DNA of 64,000 nucleotides from Candidatus Levyibacteriota bacterium (GCA_041906785.1 JAYRIM010000028.1:121661-185660); one strand, 5' to 3'. Positions 38,965 to 47,604 are shown, counted from the stretch's first letter. The notes: generated from the sequence alone by a model not told the origin. Numbers and translations are program-made.

Positions 38965-39590
38965 TGAATATGAGAACATTTAAGACAGAAGGGATTGTTA
39001 TAAAGAGAAGGAATGTTGGCGAAGCAGATCGGATAATTACTATTTTTTCTAAAGATCATGGTAAATTACAAATAAAAGCTTCAGGTGTTAGAAAAATCAC
39101 AAGCCGCCGATCTCCTCATATCGAATTATTAAACTACGTTAATCTTACATTGTATACAGGTAAGACGTATCCTATATTAGTAGAAGCACAATCGAAAGAA
39201 AATTTTTCTACACTCAAAGAAGATTTACATAAAGTAGGACTCGCGTATCATATTTGTGAATTAATTGATGGTCTCTGCCCTGAAGGTCAGGAACACGAAT
39301 CAGTCTTTGAATTATTAAAAAGAACACTTGTCATCCTGAGTCCCGATGGATATCTGGGCGAAGGATCCCCAATGTACAATGATGCCGGAGATTCTTCGTC
39401 CTTCGACAAACTCACGACTCAGAATGACTTAGTTTTTATAATTCATGAATTTGAAGTAGAGCTTTTAGCATTGTTAGGTTATTGGAGAGGTTCACAAGAA
39501 GTAGCAAAAACGCTTGACACTCAACATATGATAGAGAATATTCTTGAAAGAAAATTAAAAAGCCGTAACATCTTCGCAAAACTTAGTTAA
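38964..39590 (+). CDS. recO: DNA repair protein RecO, carrying a 33-codon in-frame palindromic-element insertion
   Basis: MRTFKTEGIVIKRRNVGEADRIITIFSKDHGKLQIKASGVRK is the RecO N-terminal OB fold. Confidence 0.7.
   Translation: MNMRTFKTEGIVIKRRNVGEADRIITIFSKDHGKLQIKASGVRKITSRRSPHIELLNYVNLTLYTGKTYPILVEAQSKENFSTLKEDLHKVGLAYHICELIDGLCPEGQEHESVFELLKRTLVILSPDGYLGEGSPMYNDAGDSSSFDKLTTQNDLVFIIHEFEVELLALLGYWRGSQEVAKTLDTQHMIENILERKLKSRNIFAKLS
39330..39428. mobile_element. MITE-like palindromic element copy (99 nt, 33 codons), in frame inside recO
   Basis: Left arm GTCATCCTGAGTCCCGATGG; right arm ...GACTCAGAATGAC; GGATCC near the centre. Encodes VILSPDGYLGEGSPMYNDAGDSSSFDKLTTQND. Confidence 0.6.
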
Positions 39591-39628
39591 TACCTTCTAA
39601 CTCGACAATAGAATGGTATAATCATGAG

Positions 39629-40504
39629 ATGCATAATTGGAAAGGTTTTTCTGCGTTATTAATCACTGGTTTTCTCTCTGGGACAGTAGGTATTTTTATC
39701 CGCTATCTTAATAAGTATATCAGCGGTCCTCAACAGATAATTTATTTAAATGTATTTGTTTTTTGTTTGTTATTGTTATTAGTATTAGTGCTAAGAAAAA
39801 AGATTTCATTTGATAAAAAAATGATCAAGTTTATTTTTCTGTATGGAATTTTTTATGGTTTTGGAGGGACACTTTATACACTATCAATATTGACCACAAA
39901 AATTTCGACAACGGTATTTGGTATATATGCAAGTATACTCTGCTTCTCATTACTTTTCGGTTTTTTTCTTTTTAAAGAAAAAATTACTACTAAAAAAGTA
40001 TTAGCTCTTATTCTCGCATGTATCGGCTTCTTTTTATTTACCTATCCATTATCTTTTCAAAGGTTTGATATAGGCTTAGGATTTAGTTTAGTTTCTGGCT
40101 TTATGGCAATTGCTGCAAACTCTATTGGAAAATATTTAGGAAATAAAGTGGATAACATACTGTTAGTTTTAGCGCGAACTATTGGAATAGGATTAGGGGG
40201 CGTGATATTCGCACTTTATCAGAAAGAATCACTTATTCCTGCTTTTACTTCAGAGTCATTTATTCTCTTGTTTATACTTGCAGGGATAATCTTAACAGCA
40301 TCATTTACAATCCTTATCGGTTTTAACAATTTCGATTTAAATTTAGGTGCGATACTTGTTTCCTCGGAGTTACTTTTCGCTACAACATTTGCCGCTGTAT
40401 TTTTTAAAGAATATCCAAAAAACTTGGAATATATCGGTGGTTTTTTTATTTTATGTGCGATTTGTATAGCTAACCTTTCATTTAGGAAAAAAAAGCAGAA
40501 CTAA
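39629..40504 (+). CDS. EamA/DMT-family transporter
   Basis: 10 TM helices arranged as two 5-TM repeats. Confidence 0.55.
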   Translation: MHNWKGFSALLITGFLSGTVGIFIRYLNKYISGPQQIIYLNVFVFCLLLLLVLVLRKKISFDKKMIKFIFLYGIFYGFGGTLYTLSILTTKISTTVFGIYASILCFSLLFGFFLFKEKITTKKVLALILACIGFFLFTYPLSFQRFDIGLGFSLVSGFMAIAANSIGKYLGNKVDNILLVLARTIGIGLGGVIFALYQKESLIPAFTSESFILLFILAGIILTASFTILIGFNNFDLNLGAILVSSELLFATTFAAVFFKEYPKNLEYIGGFFILCAICIANLSFRKKKQN

Positions 40505-40549
40505 TCGAACTCTTTCCGTAAAGAAATTTATCTGCTATCATACCCACAT

Positions 40550-42055
40550 ATGGCTGAGAACATTATGGATAAAATTGTCGCACTTGCAAAACGCCGTGGG
40601 TTTATCTATCCAGGTTCAGATATATATGGTGGTCTGGCTAATACATATGACTATGGACCAATGGGTACTGAGTTACTCCGTAATATAAAAAATCTTTGGT
40701 GGAAAACATTTGTTCATAATAGAGAAGATATAGTAGGTCTTGATGCAAGTGTGATTTCTCATCATCGTATATGGGAAGCGTCTGGACATGCGACAGGGTT
40801 TTCCGATGCACTTGTTGATTGTAAAAAATGTAAAAACAGAAAACGAGCTGATCATCTAATAGAAGAGTGGTTAGAGGAACACAGTAAAGATGTCGATATT
40901 GATGTCATCTTGAGTGGAACGAAGGATCTTATGCAAGATTCTTCGCCAAGGGCTCAGAATGACAAGGCAGTCAAAATAACAAAAGAAGAGTTAGAAAAAG
41001 CTCTTGAACTTAAAAAAGTTGAAGGTTGGTCTGAAGAAAAGATGGATGAGTTTATTAAAAATACTCGTATTCCATGTCCTCAATGTAAAGCAGTTGATTG
41101 GACACCTGTGCGTAGATTTAACCTTCTTTTTCCGGTAAAGCTCGGAATTGTCGAAGGAGAACAAAGTCTGGCTTATCTTCGTGGAGAGACAGCCCAAGGA
41201 ATGTTTGTTGATTTTCGACACGTAGTCGATTCCACTCGTGTTCGTTTACCATTTGGTATCGCACAGTTAGGAAAAAGTTTTAGAAATGAAATAACGTTAG
41301 GTAATTCCGTCTTTAGAACAATAGAGTTTGAACAAGGAGAAATAGAATATTTCTTCGATCCGGAAAAAACACTTTGGGAGAAATTATTTGAAGAATGGAA
41401 GGAACAGATGTGGAATTTCGTTTTGTGGGAACTTGGAATTAATGAGAAAAATGTCAGATGGCGAGTACATACAGATGAAGAACGATCTTTTTATAGTAAA
41501 CGGACAGAAGATCTCGAGTATAATTTTCCTTTCGGATATAAAGAATTATGGGGATTAGCATATCGAACTGATTATGATTTAAAACAGCACATGCAGTTTT
41601 CAGGAAAAGATCTTTCTATCACTGATCCTTATACCCAAAAGAAAGTTATTCCTCATGTTATCGAGCCTGCTGTTGGTATTAACCGTTTGCTTTTGATGGT
41701 GTTATGTGAAGCATATTCTGAGATAGATGACCGGGTAGTGCTAAGTTTGAAACCAAAACTTGCTCCATATAAAGTCGCAGTATTTCCATTACTTGCGAAT
41801 AAAGAAGAATTAGTGAAAAAAGCGAGAGAAATCTACGGTTCTTTAAAGCCTCATATGAATATCGCATGGGATGATAGAGGAAATATTGGTAAAAGGTATT
41901 TATACCAAGATGAGATTGGTACACCATGGTGTGTTACAGTAGATTTTCAAACACTTGAAGATGGAACAGTAACTGTTCGCGATCGCGATACGGCAGAGCA
42001 AGAAAGAGTGAAAGTTGAAGAGCTTACAACACACTTTAATAGCAGGTTAGCATAA
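40550..42055 (+). CDS. glyQS: glycine--tRNA ligase (dimeric alpha2 class II type)
   Basis: GLANTYDYGPMGTELLRNIKNLWW, class II motifs, C-terminal anticodon-binding domain. Confidence 0.9.
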   Translation: MAENIMDKIVALAKRRGFIYPGSDIYGGLANTYDYGPMGTELLRNIKNLWWKTFVHNREDIVGLDASVISHHRIWEASGHATGFSDALVDCKKCKNRKRADHLIEEWLEEHSKDVDIDVILSGTKDLMQDSSPRAQNDKAVKITKEELEKALELKKVEGWSEEKMDEFIKNTRIPCPQCKAVDWTPVRRFNLLFPVKLGIVEGEQSLAYLRGETAQGMFVDFRHVVDSTRVRLPFGIAQLGKSFRNEITLGNSVFRTIEFEQGEIEYFFDPEKTLWEKLFEEWKEQMWNFVLWELGINEKNVRWRVHTDEERSFYSKRTEDLEYNFPFGYKELWGLAYRTDYDLKQHMQFSGKDLSITDPYTQKKVIPHVIEPAVGINRLLLMVLCEAYSEIDDRVVLSLKPKLAPYKVAVFPLLANKEELVKKAREIYGSLKPHMNIAWDDRGNIGKRYLYQDEIGTPWCVTVDFQTLEDGTVTVRDRDTAEQERVKVEELTTHFNSRLA

Positions 42056-42228
42056 TGAAAAGTAATTATTTTTTTGAACTTGCAACAGCATTTTGGATTA
42101 ATTTAGCTGCTGGTTATTTTCTAGCAATTGCAATAAGTCCTTCAGTTATAGAAAAAATAAATTCTACTATTTACTGTTTTCTTTGTTTTGGTATAGCATA
42201 TTATTCAAGAGAGCAACAAAAATAATTT
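42055..42228 (+). CDS. possible 57-aa small membrane protein (start overlaps the glyQS stop, taATG)
   Basis: Short ORF with a hydrophobic core (LAAGYFLAIAISPSVI) and taATG overlap coupling. Below the 60-aa ORF-track cutoff. Confidence 0.2.
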
Positions 42229-42407
42229 TCGAGTTTGTAGTCTAGATATAATATGGTATAATTTATGTAATTAAAGTTTGTTTATGCAAAATATTTCGGA
42301 AATAATTACTAGTGCACAGATTGCAACAGGTCTTGCAATAATTGCGTTTATACTATTGGTTCTTGCTTTTAAGAAGCATTCGCATCGTAAGTAGAGATAA
42401 GTTTCTT

Positions 42408-43202
42408 CTAGGCAACTTTTCTGTAAAACTGAGATAAAGGAATAGGAGATTGATCTTGGGGAACAACAATTGTTCCAGGTATTATGACACGCATACGTAA
42501 ATCTTCACCTCGAAATTCACCATCTGTATCCAATCCACATCCTTCAAGCCATCCATTCGGGGTATAGTATCCAGGAAATCTAATCGGTTTTTTCAAGAAT
42601 TGTTCCTGTTCCTCATGTTCTGCTCCCCTTTTTATAAATAACACACTTTCTTCTAAATTCGGATACAGTTCAGCAAGTCTCTCTCTAACTGCAAGTATAC
42701 TAAAACCTGTATCAAGTACATCATCTAACGTGATAACTGGCCCTGTTGAAGGTCTTAGTCTTTCTAATTCCTGTTGTATAAAACGAGGTTGTCTGTTCGA
42801 TGTCATTTTATCGTCATAACTTGAGACATGGAGTGAATGATAACTAAAATCTTTAATATCTCTTCGTTGAAGCGCAGAGAATAACCAACCTGCGAAAGGT
42901 AAGCCTCCTTCTAACATAATTAAAAATTTTGCTTTCTGCTTTCGAATCTCAGGAGCCATTTTATCTGCAATTTTGTCTACTTCTTCAAGAACTTGTTCAT
43001 GGGTTAATAAAAGTTCATATTCCACACCATTTTCTACATAGTACATACTTTTTTCAGAATGAGGGTTGGGTTGTGTTCCGGCTCCTTCAGGAATATGCAC
43101 CTTTGGTAATCCATTTGGTGTTAATATGCTGCTTTCGCCATTGGGTCGTAAAACAGTTCGATATCTTTCCGGTGTATAGATTATTCCTTCTTTTATTGCC
43201 AT
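42408..43202 (-). CDS. phosphoribosyltransferase-domain protein (HGPRT-like)
   Basis: VITLDDVLDTGFSI matches the PRPP-binding motif (hydrophobic4-DD-x-x-DTG); intermediate GC. Confidence 0.55.
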   Translation of the reverse strand: MAIKEGIIYTPERYRTVLRPNGESSILTPNGLPKVHIPEGAGTQPNPHSEKSMYYVENGVEYELLLTHEQVLEEVDKIADKMAPEIRKQKAKFLIMLEGGLPFAGWLFSALQRRDIKDFSYHSLHVSSYDDKMTSNRQPRFIQQELERLRPSTGPVITLDDVLDTGFSILAVRERLAELYPNLEESVLFIKRGAEHEEQEQFLKKPIRFPGYYTPNGWLEGCGLDTDGEFRGEDLRMRVIIPGTIVVPQDQSPIPLSQFYRKVA

Positions 43203-43228
43203 ATTTTATGTATAAAATTTTGGTGATT

Positions 43229-43258
43229 GGGGGGCCCCGATGTGAAATCGGGACCCCC
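43229..43258 (-). terminator. GC-rich hairpin at the left boundary of the high-GC island (candidate terminator of the minus-strand phosphorylase gene)
   Basis: GGGGGCCCCGAT-gtgaa-ATCGGGACCCCC (11-bp stem with one mismatch); an A/T-rich run follows on the minus strand. Confidence 0.4.
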
Positions 43259-43304
43259 TCCGCACCAGTTGACTCGAGTTGAAGGCGTCAGTGAGTGTAG
43301 CTTC

Positions 43305-44351
43305 TTACTGCTGGGACAGCGCTTCCTGGTAGACCTCAGGCCGGTGGATGAGCAACTCCCGGCACGTACAGTTCGTGGGGATAGGAGCTGTCTCAAGCAG
43401 GAGAGCCTCGAATTCCAGAATCCGCCGCGGGAGCTGCTTGACGTAGAGGCTGTCGAGCGTCGTGTTCAGGCCGAACTTGGGGTCGGTTACATCCTGCCCT
43501 TCGCAGTCGTTCGCGACGATGCAATAGTAACCTTCGTCCATACCAAGATGCCTGCACAGGATTGGCGTAACGCTATCACCGTGGAGCATGGCGAAGGGGG
43601 ATCCTTCGCGCTCGGAGATGGTCTGCATCATGTGTCGCCAGACCATAGTTTCGCCTTCGCTCTCGAACGTGCCGCCTGTTGGACTCCGCAAGATTACGCG
43701 GACGTCGCTGGGGCGGTGAACCTTCGGGAAGAACTCGAGGTCCTCTGCCAGGTCTGCCATCCACCCGCTCAGGCTGACGCAGAAGGGATCCTTCATGCGT
43801 GCCAAGTTCGGGAGGACCCCGCCTATCCCAGTGCCGGGGAGATGCCCGGCCATGTTATCGTTCCGATAAAAGGACCATGGGAAGACGATGTCGCCGGGAC
43901 GAATCGCGTCCTGAAGGTTGGCTGGTGAGCGGGGGTCGTTGACCCCATGGGTACCACCGACGAAGAGAACACGAACGCCAGCCTTCCACAGAATCCAGAA
44001 GAGACGCCATTGTCCTTCATGGGGATGCGTGAATCGTTCACCCCGTACCCCGCCGTAGGACGGAATCCAGATGACGTCACGTCCGGATGAGGTGGTGAAC
44101 TGAGTAACCAGCGGGCCGAGGCCGTAAGGCGTGCGCACACGGGCGTTGAAGTTGAGTACCCAGCCCCTCGCCTGGCGGTCGGCGATGACCTGCTCAGGCG
44201 TGACGCCCCAGAGCGGCGAGCCAGTGATGCTCGCCACGGATGCTGACGGTCCATCATAGGCGAAGTTCAGAACAGCGGGATCTTTATATCCTCCCAACAT
44301 CGGTGCCTCCATAGATATGTTGCATGATGCGTGCCTCCACTGTGGAAACAA
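43305..44351 (-). CDS. MTAP/PNP-family nucleoside phosphorylase (high-GC island). True start probably an internal Met (~44312).
   Basis: LFWILWKAGVRVLFVGGTHGVNDP ... IRPGDIVFPWSFY ... CIVANDCEG parallels MTAP ([23 protein letters not shown] ... PGDIVIIDQFIDRT ... ATDYDCW). Confidence 0.45.
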   Translation of the reverse strand: MFPQWRHASCNISMEAPMLGGYKDPAVLNFAYDGPSASVASITGSPLWGVTPEQVIADRQARGWVLNFNARVRTPYGLGPLVTQFTTSSGRDVIWIPSYGGVRGERFTHPHEGQWRLFWILWKAGVRVLFVGGTHGVNDPRSPANLQDAIRPGDIVFPWSFYRNDNMAGHLPGTGIGGVLPNLARMKDPFCVSLSGWMADLAEDLEFFPKVHRPSDVRVILRSPTGGTFESEGETMVWRHMMQTISEREGSPFAMLHGDSVTPILCRHLGMDEGYYCIVANDCEGQDVTDPKFGLNTTLDSLYVKQLPRRILEFEALLLETAPIPTNCTCRELLIHRPEVYQEALSQQ

Positions 44352-45147
44352 CGCGCATGAAACCGAGTGACAGGACTGCGCTGGCGATTGCCAGGTCGAC
44401 GAGCAAGTCCATCCGATACCGTGTAGTGAAGGTGTACAACAACCACCCGAGGCCGCCGCCGGCTGTCAGCCATTCCACGACCACTGCTGAGAGGATTACC
44501 ACACTCGCCGACGTCTTCAAAGCTGCGAAGAGCATCGGCAGCGAATAGTAGATCCGTACATGGCGGAACGTGGCCCATGGCGTGATGCCTGGCAAGGTCT
44601 GGGTATAGTCCATCACGTCCGACTCCACTTGATGCAACCCTGTGAAGAAGTTGATCAAGGTGGGGAAGAACGTTGCCAACGACACGAGCGCGACTCTCAT
44701 CTTCCAGTTAGGGCCGAGGACGAGCATCAGCATCGGGATCAGAACGATAAACGGCACGCTCTTCACCCAGACTGATGTTCGGAGTACGACCGGTTTTAGC
44801 CATGGCACGAATACCATGACGATCGACAGCATGATCGCGATGCTGTTGCCGACCACGAACCCGGATAGAGCATCTAGCAGCGTTAGGCCGATGTTCTGGA
44901 TGATCCAGATACCGTTCGGAATCCGTAATGCCAGATCCTGTTCCCACAGGGCAACGATGACCTTATGGGGAGCAGGGAGTATGAACTGCACATAGTCGGG
45001 GGCGAAGTGAAGGTAGATGTAGACGAGTAGTATCAGCCCCCCGATGTGCAGGATTAGCCCAAGACGTTCGACGAACTGAGTAGCTCCGCGCTTGAGTAAC
45101 GAGAGCCAACCAGTTGGCTGAGGATGATGTTTCAATGCTACTCTCAT
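44284..45147 (-). CDS. ABC transporter permease (NitT/TauT / binding-protein-dependent family)
   Basis: 6 TM helices; conserved EAA-like region ...ALKTSASVVILSAVVVEWL; high GC. Confidence 0.7.
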   Translation of the reverse strand: MRVALKHHPQPTGWLSLLKRGATQFVERLGLILHIGGLILLVYIYLHFAPDYVQFILPAPHKVIVALWEQDLALRIPNGIWIIQNIGLTLLDALSGFVVGNSIAIMLSIVMVFVPWLKPVVLRTSVWVKSVPFIVLIPMLMLVLGPNWKMRVALVSLATFFPTLINFFTGLHQVESDVMDYTQTLPGITPWATFRHVRIYYSLPMLFAALKTSASVVILSAVVVEWLTAGGGLGWLLYTFTTRYRMDLLVDLAIASAVLSLGFMRVVSTVEARIMQHIYGGTDVGRI

Positions 45148-45159
45148 ACGTAGCCCTCC

Positions 45160-46239
45160 TTACTTCAGGTAGTCGAGTGTCATCAGCTCCTGGAGTGTGG
45201 GACGGCGGCGAATCACGTTGTTTGTCATGTAGAAGTCGAGTGCTTCCTCGATCCGCTTGCCGTCCATCCAGAGAAGACCGTTAGACTTGGTAGACTCGCT
45301 AGTCATCATCGGCGCCTGGAGTTGAATACGGCGCCTCAAGATTTGCTCGGTTTCCGAACCACCGAACGCGAGGGCGGTCTTGACGGTGAAGTCCTGGTCG
45401 TTGATCATGCGCTGCATGCCGTTGCGCAGGCCGCGCAAGAAGGCACGCATGACCTGCTTGCCTTCAGGGGTTTCGAGAAACGACCGCTTGGTGAACACGA
45501 TGTCCGCGTAGAACGGTACACCCCACTGGTTATAGCGGAGCGCCTTCCAGGGCAGGCCCTGCTGCTCGAGTGCGAGGGGTTGATTGACAACCCAGTATGA
45601 AGCGAAATCCACCGACTGCGTGAGCAAATCGGCGGGATTTTCGCCTCCGATGCGGACGATGGTGACGTCACGATCATTTACGCCGTTCTTGTGGAGAAGG
45701 GCGATGAGCTGCGCCTCGCTTTGGACACCGACACGCTTGCCGATCAGGTCCTTGGGCGTGAGCTCGCGCGCCCGCTGCTCTGGCGTCAGGTTTTTCTCCA
45801 GAATGACATATCCGAGAGGATGCTCCTGGAGAATCGCACCCGTCATTACGATGGGTACGTTTTCCGCGACCTGCGGCACGATGCCGTCCAGGCTGGCGGT
45901 AACACCGATCTCAGCCTCGCCGGACAGAACGTTGTTAAGAGCGGGAACTTGAGGCCCACCCTCCTTGAACGTGACGGCGAGTCCTTCTTGTTCGAAGTAT
46001 CCGCCTTTGACAGCATTGTACAGGGCGCAGGACTCGCAGTTATGTCGCCAGGGAAGCTGGACGACGAGCGGGCGAAGGGGTTTGGGAGTAGCGGTAGCAG
46101 CAACGGCGACAGTCGGTGCGGCTTTCGGAGCCGCCGTAGTGACGGCCTTAGGTGCGGCCGCCTGAGGAGCGGGCTGCTGGCAGCTGATGAGCAGGCCAGC
46201 AAGGACAAGCAGAACCAAGAGACGTGGAACACGCTGCAT
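45160..46239 (-). CDS. ABC transporter substrate-binding lipoprotein (NMT1/THI5-SsuA-like)
   Basis: MQRVPRLLVLLVLAGLLISC lipobox, then an Ala/Pro-rich linker and an SBP domain. The ORF track extends 25 codons upstream to 46314. Confidence 0.7.
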   Translation of the reverse strand: MQRVPRLLVLLVLAGLLISCQQPAPQAAAPKAVTTAAPKAAPTVAVAATATPKPLRPLVVQLPWRHNCESCALYNAVKGGYFEQEGLAVTFKEGGPQVPALNNVLSGEAEIGVTASLDGIVPQVAENVPIVMTGAILQEHPLGYVILEKNLTPEQRARELTPKDLIGKRVGVQSEAQLIALLHKNGVNDRDVTIVRIGGENPADLLTQSVDFASYWVVNQPLALEQQGLPWKALRYNQWGVPFYADIVFTKRSFLETPEGKQVMRAFLRGLRNGMQRMINDQDFTVKTALAFGGSETEQILRRRIQLQAPMMTSESTKSNGLLWMDGKRIEEALDFYMTNNVIRRRPTLQELMTLDYLK

Positions 46240-46397
46240 GGTAATCCTCCAGTGAACTGATGCTTTGAGTTGGTTGAGACATGGTAGACCACATTCAAAT
46301 AATGTGATCTCCACTGTTCCATACTTGTCTTTCCTAAGGACAAGTGAGAAATCTAAGGAACAGCAGAATGAAAAATGCCAAACATTTTAAAGGTTCC

Positions 46398-46470
46398 AGG
46401 AGAGACAAAAGAGCCAAATGGGCCAAAGGTTTAGTACCCTTCTGTCTCTTTTGGCTCCTCGGTCCCATTT
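46398..46470. repeat. hairpin repeat family 2 (AATGGGCCAAAGG core), copy 1
   Basis: GAGACAAAAGAGCCAAATGGGCCAAAGGTTTAGTACCCTTCTGTCTCTTTTGGCTCC: an inverted repeat forming a long stem. Confidence 0.55.
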
Positions 46471-46647
46471 TTCCCTTATTATCCCTTGACATTCTTTATA
46501 CTGCTGCTCCTTGATAAGTTGAAAAAATAAATAGCCTTCAACTTGTCAAGGTGCGAAAAATAGTTATTTCTGCAAGCGACGTCTTTTCGCGATTGAAAAT
46601 ATGTTGCTTGGAAAAAGAAAAAAAATATTTCTGTCTCTAAACGAAAA

Positions 46648-46672
46648 AACTCCTCGCGTGTGAGGAGTTTTC
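46648..46672. terminator. bidirectional intrinsic-terminator-like hairpin in the gene-free spacer
   Basis: AACTCCTC-gcgtgt-GAGGAGTT, followed by TTTTC on the + strand and preceded by the complement of TTTTTTCG on the - strand. Confidence 0.45.
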
Positions 46673-46859
46673 AGAATATTGACAGCAAGTAATTATTAAT
46701 AGAAGACAGGGCTCGATGAGATTATTAAAAAGTAAATAAAGCGGTTTAGTAATGACGTTTCTCAACAGCATCACTACTATAGTATTATGTGATTTTTATC
46801 ACATGTCAATAGGGAATTGTCTAGTTTTTGTCTAGTTTTTGTTTGAAAATTTGAAGCAT

Positions 46860-46887
46860 TTGACAAACAAGTGTAAGTTGTTACAAT
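46860..46887 (+). promoter_or_regulatory. near-consensus sigma70 promoter (TTGACA-16-TACAAT) abutting the start of the 46899 gene, giving a leaderless or near-leaderless mRNA
   Basis: TTGACAaacaagtgtaagttgtTACAAT; the predicted TSS is ~5 nt before the ATG at 46899, leaving no room for an SD. Confidence 0.45.
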
Positions 46888-46898
46888 GTAACTAATTG

Positions 46899-47411
46899 AT
46901 GAATAATCAAAAGTTATTTATTGGTTTTGGCATATTGTTAGTTGTACTCCTCCTTGGTGGTGGTTTATTTATTATGTCGTCCGGTAAAAAATCTAGCCAA
47001 TCTCCTACACCTTCTGCTGAGCAATTCATGATAGAAAAACTTTCTCCAGAAGATATTGGTCTAGAATTAATTCCAAAAACGCTTCCAAATGATGGAAAAC
47101 AGATAAAAGTTATAGTGAGTAAAGTTGCTGATATAAAACATTTAGCATATGAAATTACATACGAAGCAGATATTCCGAAAAGTGAATTGCCTCCAGGTGA
47201 GACAGAAGGACGTGTTGAGCGTGGTGTAGGAAATGATGATGTATCGATCAATTCATCTGATAAAAAATACGAATCGAAGTTTTTAGATTTCGGATCTGAG
47301 TCAAAAGGTGTGGTTCGATATGACACAGGAGTAACTGAAGCGAAGATCGTGATGAAAGTCACGAAACGGGACGGAAAAGTCTATCAGGTTGAAGATTCAG
47401 TGAAATTCTAA
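46899..47411 (+). CDS. secreted/membrane-anchored hypothetical protein
   Basis: N-terminal TM/signal (LFIGFGILLVVLLLGGGLFI); ATG at 46899 preferred over TTG at 46896. Confidence 0.4.
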   Translation: MNNQKLFIGFGILLVVLLLGGGLFIMSSGKKSSQSPTPSAEQFMIEKLSPEDIGLELIPKTLPNDGKQIKVIVSKVADIKHLAYEITYEADIPKSELPPGETEGRVERGVGNDDVSINSSDKKYESKFLDFGSESKGVVRYDTGVTEAKIVMKVTKRDGKVYQVEDSVKF

Positions 47412-47503
47412 TTGTTATATTGCTCTATTGTTATATTGTTAACTTCGCACAAGCGAAGTTTTTTATTTGTTTAGCAATAAAACAATACAACAATATAACA
47501 ATT
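47410..47503. repeat. intergenic TTGTTATATTG inverted-repeat element, copy C (longest, with a central stem-loop)
   Basis: AATTGTTATATTGCTCTATTGTTATATTGTTAACTTCGCACAAGCGAAGTT...AGCAATAAAACAATACAACAATATAACAATT. The central AACTTCGC-ACAA-GCGAAGTT hairpin is followed by TTTTTTATTTG. Confidence 0.6.
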
Positions 47504-47566
47504 TCTTCTTTGTCTCTACATATAGTGTTTTATAGTTTCATGAACTCAATTTTTTGAGAATTCTTC

Positions 47567-47595
47567 TTGACACGACCATTAATTTGTATTGTAAT
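47567..47595 (+). promoter_or_regulatory. sigma70-type promoter of mraZ/dcw operon (TTGACA-17-TGTAAT)
   Basis: TTGACA cgaccattaatttgtat TGTAAT, about 55 nt upstream of the mraZ ATG. Confidence 0.55.
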
Positions 47596-47604
47596 AGAAA
47601 GTAC

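Noticed and set aside
42229-42407. Possible tRNA or other structured RNA gene in the glyQS-PRTase spacer and in the 46.3-46.9 kb spacer
   Set aside because: I could not find a cloverleaf (no GTTCRANYC T-loop, acceptor/anticodon stem pairing). The 42.2 kb spacer looks like a promoter (TAGATATAAT / TGGTATAAT) driving a tiny 35-aa hydrophobic ORF. I cannot support an RNA gene call without a covariance-model search.
43227-46260. Multiple + strand ORFs within the high-GC island (e.g. 43227..43928, 44560..44995, 45322..45600, 45584..45952, 45691..46260, 45965..46165) and overlapping minus-strand ORFs (43576..43764, 43823..44257, 44267..44578, 44708..44947, 45405..45677, 45846..46343)
   Set aside because: They are typical spurious open frames of GC-rich DNA. 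They are Arg/Pro/Ala/Ser-rich, lack motifs, and entirely overlap the well-supported minus-strand SBP, permease and phosphorylase genes.
43225-46320. High-GC island as a prophage or integrative element
   Set aside because: There is no integrase, recombinase, tRNA attachment site or phage structural gene; the content is purely transport and salvage. HGT of a metabolic cassette or an assembly chimera is more parsimonious.
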